Shown piece by piece: positions 48,779 to 57,025 of a stretch of 64,000 nt of DNA. The DNA lies in contig CAXXHO010000003.1 of the NCBI GenBank assembly GCA_963667725.2, positions 2,297,766 through 2,361,765 of the forward strand, given 5' to 3'. The notes below the pieces were generated by a model. The model saw only the letters and a list, made by a program, of their open reading frames with translations. It did not search any database and was not told the origin of the DNA. Made by a program: the position numbers and the translations under genes. Position 1 is the stretch's first letter, and each line of letters begins with the position of its first letter. Origin of the DNA: Treponemataceae bacterium (GTDB lineage Bacteria > Spirochaetota > Spirochaetia > Treponematales > Rectinemataceae).

Positions 48779-49900
48779 GTGATAGGCAGGCATCGAAAAG
48801 AATCGGAACGAGGCAGAGCGTATTGGTCCATGGTTCTGCCTTCATATCTGCTGTTCCTTTTCGTATTCGCCTTCCCTATCGTGCTCGCCGTCATCCTCTC
48901 ACTGTCCGATTTCGGCGGCGGCAAGATGTTCGGGGGTGAGCCCTGGAAGATCACCGGGTTCCAGGAGTACAGAAAGCTTTTCGCCGATCCGTACTTCTGG
49001 AACGCCCTCAAGAACAACATCTATATCGTCTTGATCTCGGTACTGGGACAACTGCCGCTCGGTTTCCTGTTCGCTTACCTAATCTATCGCAAGATCGTCA
49101 AATTCGGGTCATTCTGGCAGGGCATCCTCTATGTACCGGCCATAATCTCGACGATCGTCATCGGCATAATGTGGAGCATCATATTCTCTCCTTACGGTCC
49201 AATAGCCGATCTGGCCAACCGTCTCTACAGAAGCCTGTATTCAGCCAAGCTGAGCGAGCTGTTCAGCTCAGCCGGCGCCCTCAGCGTTACGGACAACCTC
49301 GTCGACAAAATCATAGGGATAAGTCCGCAGACGATAGGAGCGATTTTTTCCAGCCCCCGCGTCGAGCTCAAGGATTTCCTGCTCAGCTACAGCCCGGATC
49401 AGCTGATCATGGTTCAGCAGGACCTCGTCAATCTTCTCGCGCCCAAATGGAGCGCGGAATTCCTCAGCCAGCGCGATTTAGCCATGATTCCCATTTGCTT
49501 CGTCACGCTCTGGATGTGGACGGGGACCTACCTGATTCTCTTTCACGCGAATATGCAGAAGATCGACATTCAGATTCTCGAGGCGGCGGAAATCGACGGC
49601 GCTTCGGAAATGCAGGTGATGCGCTTCGTCGTCGTGCCCAGTCTTTCCGGCGTGATTCTCAACGCGACCATTCTCTGCATTTCGGGATCCTTGAGCGGGT
49701 TCGCCCTCATCCTCGCGATGACGGGCGGAGGTCCCGCCCGCGTCACGCAGGTACTTTCCATCTATATGTACGACTCGGCATTCATGGGCGCCCCGAATTA
49801 TCCCCTAGCCAATGCCATCGCCATTATGATCGTGCTGTTCAGTCTCGCCCTGATACTGATCATGTTCGCCCTCGAAAAGCGGTTCGGCGGAAAGGAGTAG
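48779..49900 (+). CDS. Carbohydrate ABC transporter permease with enlarged periplasmic loop
   Basis: FWNALKNN, EAAEIDGAS EAA loop, MTGGGP..T.VLS.YMY. Confidence 0.9.
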   Translation: MIGRHRKESERGRAYWSMVLPSYLLFLFVFAFPIVLAVILSLSDFGGGKMFGGEPWKITGFQEYRKLFADPYFWNALKNNIYIVLISVLGQLPLGFLFAYLIYRKIVKFGSFWQGILYVPAIISTIVIGIMWSIIFSPYGPIADLANRLYRSLYSAKLSELFSSAGALSVTDNLVDKIIGISPQTIGAIFSSPRVELKDFLLSYSPDQLIMVQQDLVNLLAPKWSAEFLSQRDLAMIPICFVTLWMWTGTYLILFHANMQKIDIQILEAAEIDGASEMQVMRFVVVPSLSGVILNATILCISGSLSGFALILAMTGGGPARVTQVLSIYMYDSAFMGAPNYPLANAIAIMIVLFSLALILIMFALEKRFGGKE

Positions 49901-49904
49901 GGCG

Positions 49905-50825
49905 ATGGAATCCCAGTACAGACGAAACCAACGCACGAGACCGTCCGCGGTAATCGGGAGAATTCTCGCTTACGCGGTCATGGGACTCTTCAGCTTCATA
50001 ACGATCTATCCCCTCGTATGGCTCTTCCTGAGTTCCTTCAAGACCACGAACGAATTCAGGATGAATATGCTCGGGCTGCCATCGGCCTGGACCCTGGACA
50101 ACTATGTCGGCGCTTGGAGGATAGGGGAATTCGGCAGGCTGATCGGCAACTCGGTTTTCTACACGGTAGGAGCCACGGCGGGGATCATTTTCTTCTCACT
50201 GCGGACGGGTTTCGCCTTCGCGAAGATAAAATCAAAGGCCACGCCGCTGCTCTATGGCAGCCTCATACTCGGTATCCTTCTGACCATTCAGTCCCTTATG
50301 GTTCCCCTGTTTCTGGAAGTCACGATGCTCGACCGCCTCCTCGGCGATTTCCTGCGTACGCTCGGGCTTTTCAAGGGCGGGGAATTCCGGCTTTTCCACA
50401 ATACGCGGCTGGGTGTCCTGCTCGTCTATATCGGATCGGCGCTCCCTGTGGGAATTTACCTGGCCACAGGCTACGTAAGAAGCATTCCGGACGCCGTCAT
50501 CGAGGCGGCGCAGCTGGATGGCGCCGGGTACTCGCGGGTTTTCCGCACCATCATTGTCCCGATGTCCGTCCCTATTGCCATGACCTTGGCGATACTGAAC
50601 ATACCCTCGCTCTGGAACGAATTCGCCCTCATCAATATTCTCGTCAGCAACACGGGCCTGAAGTCCTTGCCGCTAGGCATCTACCGCTTCTCCGGCGCCC
50701 TTTCCTCCGATTACGGAAAGCAATTCGCCGCCCTCGTCATAGGCATGCTCCCCATGATCCTGTTCTACGTCGGCTTCCGTAAGAAAATTACGGCGGGCGT
50801 GGCCGCGGGGGCGCTGAAAGGCTGA
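49905..50825 (+). CDS. Carbohydrate ABC transporter permease
   Basis: YPLVW..LSSFKT, IPDAVIEAAQLDGA, WNEF, GALKG. Confidence 0.92.
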   Translation: MESQYRRNQRTRPSAVIGRILAYAVMGLFSFITIYPLVWLFLSSFKTTNEFRMNMLGLPSAWTLDNYVGAWRIGEFGRLIGNSVFYTVGATAGIIFFSLRTGFAFAKIKSKATPLLYGSLILGILLTIQSLMVPLFLEVTMLDRLLGDFLRTLGLFKGGEFRLFHNTRLGVLLVYIGSALPVGIYLATGYVRSIPDAVIEAAQLDGAGYSRVFRTIIVPMSVPIAMTLAILNIPSLWNEFALINILVSNTGLKSLPLGIYRFSGALSSDYGKQFAALVIGMLPMILFYVGFRKKITAGVAAGALKG

Positions 50826-50832
50826 GCGCTCC

Positions 50833-50880
50833 TTGACAATCGTCCGCGCAAGTTATACTAGTTATACTGTTCATACTAGT
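50833..50880 (+). promoter_or_regulatory. Promoter with three 9-bp direct repeats (putative AbrB-family operator)
   Basis: TTGACA at 50833; AGTTATACT-AGTTATACT-GTTCATACT at 50851-50877. Confidence 0.7.
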
Positions 50881-50895
50881 TGAACAGGAGCAACC

Positions 50896-51105
50896 ATGGA
50901 AGGAAAGCTGATGAGCATGGTGAAGGTCGGCCAGAAGGGGCAGATCGTCATCCCGAAGGATATGCGGGACATGATGGGAATCAAGAGCGGCGACACTCTG
51001 CTCATCCTCGCCGACAAAGAACGCGGCATCGCCATTCCCGACAAGGCCGATATCGAGAAAATCTACCGGAACATCGTGGCGCATGAAGGGAATTCCAATG
51101 CCTGA
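50896..51105 (+). CDS. AbrB/MazE/SpoVT-family DNA-binding protein
   Basis: VKVGQKGQIVIPKDMRDMMGIKSGDTL; RBS AGGAG. Confidence 0.92.
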   Translation: MEGKLMSMVKVGQKGQIVIPKDMRDMMGIKSGDTLLILADKERGIAIPDKADIEKIYRNIVAHEGNSNA

Positions 51106-52672
51106 AAACAACAAAAAGGTCGTCGTCATCGGAGCGGGAGTCGCCGGGCTCAGCGCTGGCATCTATGCCCTCAAGGCAGGGTATCGGGTGGAGCTGTTCG
51201 AGAAGAACGCCGTTCCAGGCGGGGAATGCACCGGATGGGACCGCGGCGGCTACCATATCGACAACTGCATCCACTGGCTCATGGGCACGACGCCTGGCAG
51301 CGACCTGTACGATCTGTACAGGGAGACACGACTCATAGACGATTCGATCGGCGTGCTCAGAAATGACGTCATGTATACCTCCTGGCTGAACGGACAGAAG
51401 CTCTCCCTGTACAGCGACCTCGAAAAGACGCGAAAAGAATGGATCGCCCTGTCGCCCGAGGATGAGGAAGAGATCAACACGCTGTTCGGCAATGTCGCGC
51501 TCGGCACATCCACCGTCGTCCCGGCCGGCGTGCCAAGTGAACAACTCGGCGGCATCTCCGGGATTTGGCTGCTCATGAAGTCGCTGAAGATGTTCAAACT
51601 GTTCGCACGGTATCCCCGCGAAAGCACGCAGGATCTGATGAACAAGTTCAGGCACCCGCTCATCCAGCGCTGCCTCAGCGATTTCTGCCCCAGGGAATCC
51701 AAGGCGTATTCCTTCCCTATCGCCTACGGCAATTTCGCGAGCGGGGACGGCGGCGTTCCCATCGGAGGATCCAGGGCCGCGGCGCTGCGAATGAAGGAGC
51801 GATTCGAGGAATTGGGAGGCGTCTATCGCGGTTCGGCGCCGGTGCGGAGCATCGAGATCGCCGGAGACAGGGCGACCGGCATCGTCCTCGAGGACGGCTC
51901 GCGCGTCGAGGCTGACTACATCATTCCCGCCTGCGACGCCGACTTCACCTTCACCCAGCTGCTCGACAGATCCTACATGCCCGAAAAGCTCAAGGAGTAT
52001 TTCGACAATCCGGACACCTACCCGATCTACGGCATGTTTCAGGCGGCCTGGGCAGTCGACGATGAGCGGGACCTGCTCGAGCACGAGATCAACCTCGACG
52101 CGCCCGAACTTAAGGTCGAGCCTTGGCTCAACGACCGCGTCACGCTGAAGACCTTCGCCTATGAACCTTCTTTCGCGCCCGCGGGCAAGCAGATCATCCA
52201 GGTTCTCTGGGGCATGGATCGATCCAGCTGGGCCTACTGGAAGGCGCTGGGCGAGGACAAGGAAGCCTACAAGGCGAAAAAATTGGAGCTCGCCGCCCTG
52301 GTGAAGGAAAAAATCGAAAAAACCTGGCCGGAATACCGCGGCAAGCTGACCCTGCTCGACGCCTGGACTCCCTGCACCTACAAGCGGTACTGCAACGCGC
52401 ACAACGGATATAACCAGGCCTGCATCCTCCCGAAGGAGGCGAGCATGAGAACGGCCTACCCTTCCCCCTTCGTCAAAGGCCTCAAGAATGTTGTGCTGGC
52501 CGGACAGTGGATCTCGCCCCCCGGGGGCATCCCCGGCGCCTGCATAACAGGCAAGTTCGCGGCATACAGGGTGGACTACCTGGAGCACAAGGCATGGAGG
52601 ATCGCTAAGAAAATATTCTGGAGGAGCGTGGCGCCAACGGCGGTCGTCCTGGCACTTATGTGGCTGCTGTAG
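51098..52672 (+). CDS. CrtI/phytoene-desaturase-family FAD-dependent oxidoreductase with C-terminal membrane anchor
   Basis: IGAGVAGL, EKN..PGG.CTGW.RGGY.ID.CIHWL, TP.TY.RY, AGQW..PPGGIP; hydrophobic tail. Confidence 0.85.
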   Translation: MPENNKKVVVIGAGVAGLSAGIYALKAGYRVELFEKNAVPGGECTGWDRGGYHIDNCIHWLMGTTPGSDLYDLYRETRLIDDSIGVLRNDVMYTSWLNGQKLSLYSDLEKTRKEWIALSPEDEEEINTLFGNVALGTSTVVPAGVPSEQLGGISGIWLLMKSLKMFKLFARYPRESTQDLMNKFRHPLIQRCLSDFCPRESKAYSFPIAYGNFASGDGGVPIGGSRAAALRMKERFEELGGVYRGSAPVRSIEIAGDRATGIVLEDGSRVEADYIIPACDADFTFTQLLDRSYMPEKLKEYFDNPDTYPIYGMFQAAWAVDDERDLLEHEINLDAPELKVEPWLNDRVTLKTFAYEPSFAPAGKQIIQVLWGMDRSSWAYWKALGEDKEAYKAKKLELAALVKEKIEKTWPEYRGKLTLLDAWTPCTYKRYCNAHNGYNQACILPKEASMRTAYPSPFVKGLKNVVLAGQWISPPGGIPGACITGKFAAYRVDYLEHKAWRIAKKIFWRSVAPTAVVLALMWLL

Positions 52673-52719
52673 CACGGCACCCGAAGAACTATATTTTTTC
52701 GCAGTAACTCTTTTTCTGC

Positions 52720-52757
52720 TTGACAACAGAAAATTTTCATACTATCATCAAAGTATG
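52720..52757 (+). promoter_or_regulatory. Sigma70 promoter of the R-M operon
   Basis: TTGACA(52720)-17-TATCAT(52743); ATG at 52755. Confidence 0.7.
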
Positions 52758-53384
52758 GCAGAAACCAGATTACTGCTAAAACGAGAATTGCGACTCGACG
52801 AAATCGCGTCGATCAACCTCGGTGTGGCGTTTCGCGATCGCGTTGAACCCGACCCGGCTGGGATTATAACGGTCATTCAGATGCGCGACCTCACCGAGGA
52901 CCAGCGCGTGGAATTTCGGGACGCGGCACGGATCAGAGACCAAGGTTTTACCGAAGCGCATCTTCTTTCGCGCGACGACCTTATCTTTAGATCGAGAGGG
53001 CTCAACAACACGACCGCTATAGTGAAAGATATACCGCAGGGAACAATCCTTGCGGCTCCTCTCTTCAGGATCCGGGTTTCATCCGCGGATGTGCGTCCGG
53101 CTTACCTGCAATGGTTCATCAACCACCCTATCGCGCAAACATATTTCGCGAGCCACGCCAGAGGGACATCGGTCCGCATGGTGCCGAAAGAATGCCTGGC
53201 AGGATTGCCGGTAATCTTACCTTCATTGGAAATACAGGAAGAAATCGTCGAATTCTCAAGCCTCGCGGACCGGGAGGAGCTGATCCTCCGACGTCTGGCG
53301 GATCTCAAGAGGAATTATTACCAGAGACTTATGGAAGTTTCGGTGCTCGATAAAAGAAGGAATGTATATGACATCAAAGATTGA
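52755..53384 (+). CDS. Half-size (single-TRD) type I R-M specificity subunit
   Basis: LDEIASI..G, DDLIF..RG, P.YL.WFIN, GTSV..V.K..L..L.V.LPSLEIQEEIV plus coiled coil. Confidence 0.8.
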   Translation: MAETRLLLKRELRLDEIASINLGVAFRDRVEPDPAGIITVIQMRDLTEDQRVEFRDAARIRDQGFTEAHLLSRDDLIFRSRGLNNTTAIVKDIPQGTILAAPLFRIRVSSADVRPAYLQWFINHPIAQTYFASHARGTSVRMVPKECLAGLPVILPSLEIQEEIVEFSSLADREELILRRLADLKRNYYQRLMEVSVLDKRRNVYDIKD

Positions 53385-54936
53385 CCAGAACGACATCAAC
53401 AGCGCGGCCTGGGCCGCGTGCGACAGTTTCCGCGGCGCGATGGACCCGGCCCAGTACAAGGACTATATCCTCGTCATGCTCTTCCTCAAGTATGTATCCG
53501 ACATCTGGAGAAATCATTATGAGCTGTACAAGAAGCAGTACGGCGACGATGACCTGCGCATCCGCCGCCGCCTCGAGCGCGAGCGGTTCAGCCTTCCCAT
53601 CGTCACCCTCACCGAAGAAAACAAGAAGACCAAAGAAATCAAAGTGGTGAACAGCTTTCTCGCCGATTATTACTCGCTCTACGAAAGGCGGACCGCCACC
53701 AATATCGGCGAACTCATCAACATCGTCCTGGAGCACATCGAGGATGCCAACAAAGCCAAGCTCTCAGGGGTCTTCCGCAACATCGACTTCAACTCGGAAG
53801 CCAACCTCGGTCAGACGAAGGACCGAAATCGGCGGCTCAAGAATCTTCTGGAGGACTTCCACAAGCCTGAACTCGACCTGAGCCCGAATCTGGTTTCCGA
53901 AGATGTCATCGGCAACACCTACATCTACCTGATTGAGCGCTTCGGCGCCGACGCGGGGAAAAAGGCCGGGGAATTCTATACGCCCCATAAAGTTTCGGAA
54001 CTCGTCGCCCGCCTCGCCGCCCCCAGGTCGGGCGATACGATATGCGATCCCGCCTGCGGCAGCGCCGGCCTCCTCCTCGAAGCGGCCAAGGCCGTCGGAT
54101 CAAACGATTACGCGCTCTACGGCATGGAAGTGAACGGCTCCACCTGGGCACTGGCCCGTATGAACATGTTTCTCCACGGCGTGGATTCGGCCAGGATTGA
54201 ATGGTGCGACACCCTCACGAGCCCCGCCCTCGTGGACGGGAACCGTCTCATGAAATTCCACGTTGTCGTGGCCAATCCTCCTTTCTCCCTGGACAAATGG
54301 GGCGCCGAGGAAGCCAAGGACGACCGTTTCGGAAGGTTCTGGCGAGGCCTTCCTCCCAAGAGCAAGGGTGACTACGCCTTCATCACCCACATGATAGAAT
54401 CGGCCATCGAAAAGGAAGGCCGCGTTGCCGTGGTCGTCCCCCACGGCGTCCTTTTCCGCGGTGGGGCCGAAGGCCGTATCCGCCGCAAGCTCATCGAGGA
54501 CAATCTGCTCGACACCGTTGTCGGCCTTCCCGCCAACCTCTTTCCGAGCACTTCGATTCCCGTGGCCGTTCTCGTCTTCAACCGCGGCCGCGAAAAGGGG
54601 GGTCCACTCTCGGCGCGGAAGGACATTCTTTTCGTGGACGCGAGCGGAGATTTCCAGCCGGGCAAGAACCAAAACATCCTTCTCGACAAGCACATCGCCA
54701 AGATCCTCGCCGCGGTCGGCGAACGAAAGGACCACGAAAAGTACGCCCATCTGGCGACGGTCGAGGAGGTCGCGGGCAACGACTTCAACCTCAACATCCC
54801 CCGCTACGTGGATACCTACGAAGAGGAGGAAGAGATCGATATCGTGGCCGTTGAGGCGGAAATCGAGAGACTTGAAGACGAACTCGTTGAAGTCAGGGCG
54901 AAGATGAAAGCGTACCTGCGGGAACTTGGTGTATAG
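53368..54936 (+). CDS. hsdM: Type I R-M methyltransferase subunit (m6A)
   Basis: W.ACD.FRG.MDP.QYKDY, GEFYTP, DPACGSAG, ANPPFS, PHGVLFRGG.E, NLNIPRYV. Confidence 0.97.
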   Translation: MTSKIDQNDINSAAWAACDSFRGAMDPAQYKDYILVMLFLKYVSDIWRNHYELYKKQYGDDDLRIRRRLERERFSLPIVTLTEENKKTKEIKVVNSFLADYYSLYERRTATNIGELINIVLEHIEDANKAKLSGVFRNIDFNSEANLGQTKDRNRRLKNLLEDFHKPELDLSPNLVSEDVIGNTYIYLIERFGADAGKKAGEFYTPHKVSELVARLAAPRSGDTICDPACGSAGLLLEAAKAVGSNDYALYGMEVNGSTWALARMNMFLHGVDSARIEWCDTLTSPALVDGNRLMKFHVVVANPPFSLDKWGAEEAKDDRFGRFWRGLPPKSKGDYAFITHMIESAIEKEGRVAVVVPHGVLFRGGAEGRIRRKLIEDNLLDTVVGLPANLFPSTSIPVAVLVFNRGREKGGPLSARKDILFVDASGDFQPGKNQNILLDKHIAKILAAVGERKDHEKYAHLATVEEVAGNDFNLNIPRYVDTYEEEEEIDIVAVEAEIERLEDELVEVRAKMKAYLRELGV

Positions 54937-54960
54937 GAATTGCTTTACGAGGAGGTATTT

Positions 54961-55818
54961 ATGGATAAGGAATTGATTCAATCCCTCAACACTTCCTTTG
55001 AACTCGCGGTACAGAGAGAAGAAGGCGTCGAATTCTGGCTCGCAAGGGCTCTCATGGCACTCCTGGGGTATGATCGATGGGAAAACTTCGCCAAAGTCAT
55101 CGATCGGGCCAAAACATCATGCGAGAAGGGGGGAATCCCCATCACCGATCATTTTCGCGAGGTCACGAAAATGATCGCCCTTCCCAAGGGCGCGACAAGG
55201 GCGATCGACGATATCATGCTCACACGATACGCATGCTATCTCATCGCCCAAAACGGCGATCCAAGAAAGGAACAGATAGCCTTCGCCCAAAGCTACTTCG
55301 CCCTACAGACCCGCAAACAGGAGCTCATAGCAGAGCGACTGGCCTTATCGGAGCGACTCTCGGCCAGACAGAAGCTGGTGGCCACCGAGACGGAACTATC
55401 GAAGATGATCTACGAACGTGGGGTCGACGATAAAGGTTTCGCCAGAATAAGGAGCAAAGGCGACTCGGCCCTCTTCGGCGGGCGCAGCACCCTCACGATG
55501 AAGAAACAGCTCGGCGTGCCCGACGGCCGGCCTCTCGCCGATTTTCTCCCCACAATCACCATCAAAGCCAAGGACCTCGCCACCGAGATGACGAACTTCA
55601 ACGTCAAGAAAAACGATCTTCGAGGCGAGAATGCCATCGCCGGCGAGCATGTCCAGAATAACCTTGATGTCAGGAGTGTCCTCACCCAGCGGGATATCAG
55701 GCCAGAAGAACTTCCGCCTGAGGAAGATATCAAGAAACTCGAAAGGCGCATAAAGAGTCAAGACAGGAAGAGCTTGGGATCGGGTAAAGGGCTGAAGAAG
55801 GCTGGGGGTTCAGAATGA
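54961..55818 (+). CDS. dinD: DNA-damage-inducible protein D (BRO-N-like)
   Basis: EFWLAR.L..LLGY..WENF, LTRYACYLIAQNGDPRK..IAFAQ.YFA.QTR.QE, RSKGD.ALFGG, PEELPPEED. Confidence 0.92.
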   Translation: MDKELIQSLNTSFELAVQREEGVEFWLARALMALLGYDRWENFAKVIDRAKTSCEKGGIPITDHFREVTKMIALPKGATRAIDDIMLTRYACYLIAQNGDPRKEQIAFAQSYFALQTRKQELIAERLALSERLSARQKLVATETELSKMIYERGVDDKGFARIRSKGDSALFGGRSTLTMKKQLGVPDGRPLADFLPTITIKAKDLATEMTNFNVKKNDLRGENAIAGEHVQNNLDVRSVLTQRDIRPEELPPEEDIKKLERRIKSQDRKSLGSGKGLKKAGGSE

Positions 55819-55852
55819 GCATAACTGCTTGGATGAATCTAGGAGAAAAGAA

Positions 55853-57025
55853 TTGAATACTTGGCATAATAAAAAGCTTAAAGATATAGTCACTTTTGTA
55901 TCTGGCAATACACCTGACACGAAAAATGAAGCCTTTTGGAATGGGAAAATTCCTTGGGTTTCCGCAAAAGATCTAAAGCAATTCCATATTAAAAGCTCAA
56001 TCGATTCTTTATCAGAACAAGGGAAACAAGTAGCCTCACTTGTACCGGCTAATACTATTCTTATTCTTGTTCGCGGAATGATGCTACACCGAGATTTTCC
56101 TGTTTGTATTTCCTCGACTGAATTAGCAATTAATCAAGATTTGAAGGGGTTGATCCCTAAAGAAGCGGTGGACCCACTTTATCTGGCATATGCGCTTAAA
56201 AAAGACAAGAAGACGATCTTGGATCATGTTGAATCTTCAGGTCACGGAACAGGGAAGCTTGATACTTCATTTTTAAAAGAACTAAAGATTTCATACCCAA
56301 ATATTCAATTACAAGAAGAAATAACCTCCATCCTTTCTGTATGGGCTTCTTTCATTGAGAAAGTTGAGAAGCTTATTACAGAAAAAGTAAAGCAAAAAGA
56401 TTGGATAGTTAGCCATATATTGAAAGCACATCAGTATGAGTGGAAATCCGTCAATTTGGGCGAACTATTCAGTATAATTTCAGATAAAAATCATCCGATA
56501 GAACAACTTCTCTCTGTAACCCAAAACCACGGTGTTATTCCAAGGACAGAATTATCTGGACGGGTCATGTCCCCAGAAGGCGAAGTTAATGCATATAAAT
56601 TGATCACTCCTGGTGATTTTGCTGTAAGCCTCCGTTCATTCCAAGGAGGCCTTGAGTATTCCAAATATCGCGGCATCATTAGTCCTGCGTACACAGTACT
56701 CCGCCCTAAAGCGAATATTGATTCTTTATACTTCAAGTACTTTTTCAAAAGTAGAATATTCATTGATAAATACCTCTCTCTCGCTGTCATCGGTATCAGA
56801 GATGGGAAACAGATAAGCATCCCAGATTTGATGCTTACAAGAATCCCGTTGCCACCGATTGTAAAGCAAAAAAAGTATGGAGAAATACTCTCAACCGCCA
56901 ATAGAGAAATTGATATTCTGAACCAACATCTAATACGCCTAAATGCAGAAAAGTCCTTCCTCATGAACAAGCTCCTCTCCGGTGAATGGGAGCCGCCCGA
57001 ATTGGAAAAGGAGGCCTCGCTATGA
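55853..57025 (+). CDS. hsdS: Type I R-M specificity subunit (two TRDs), AT-rich
   Basis: W..KKLKD, SGNTP..FWNG.IPWVS.KD, NQD, P.IQLQ; second repeat W..V.LGE..ISPAY..PLPP..Q; RBS AGGAG before TTG 55853. Confidence 0.93.
   Translation: MNTWHNKKLKDIVTFVSGNTPDTKNEAFWNGKIPWVSAKDLKQFHIKSSIDSLSEQGKQVASLVPANTILILVRGMMLHRDFPVCISSTELAINQDLKGLIPKEAVDPLYLAYALKKDKKTILDHVESSGHGTGKLDTSFLKELKISYPNIQLQEEITSILSVWASFIEKVEKLITEKVKQKDWIVSHILKAHQYEWKSVNLGELFSIISDKNHPIEQLLSVTQNHGVIPRTELSGRVMSPEGEVNAYKLITPGDFAVSLRSFQGGLEYSKYRGIISPAYTVLRPKANIDSLYFKYFFKSRIFIDKYLSLAVIGIRDGKQISIPDLMLTRIPLPPIVKQKKYGEILSTANREIDILNQHLIRLNAEKSFLMNKLLSGEWEPPELEKEASL

Noticed and set aside
50896..51105. MazE/VapB antitoxin of a toxin-antitoxin pair
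   Set aside because: The downstream gene is a large flavoenzyme, not a PIN/MazF toxin
51002..52726. 574-aa minus-strand ORF (likewise 20518-21891, 30844-31878, 44799-45878, 61164-62228)
   Set aside because: Each mirrors a motif-bearing gene on the opposite strand and has no recognisable motifs or RBS
52755..57025. Phase-variable hsdS shufflon
   Set aside because: Both S genes are on the same strand, with no recombinase and no evident shared inverted repeats
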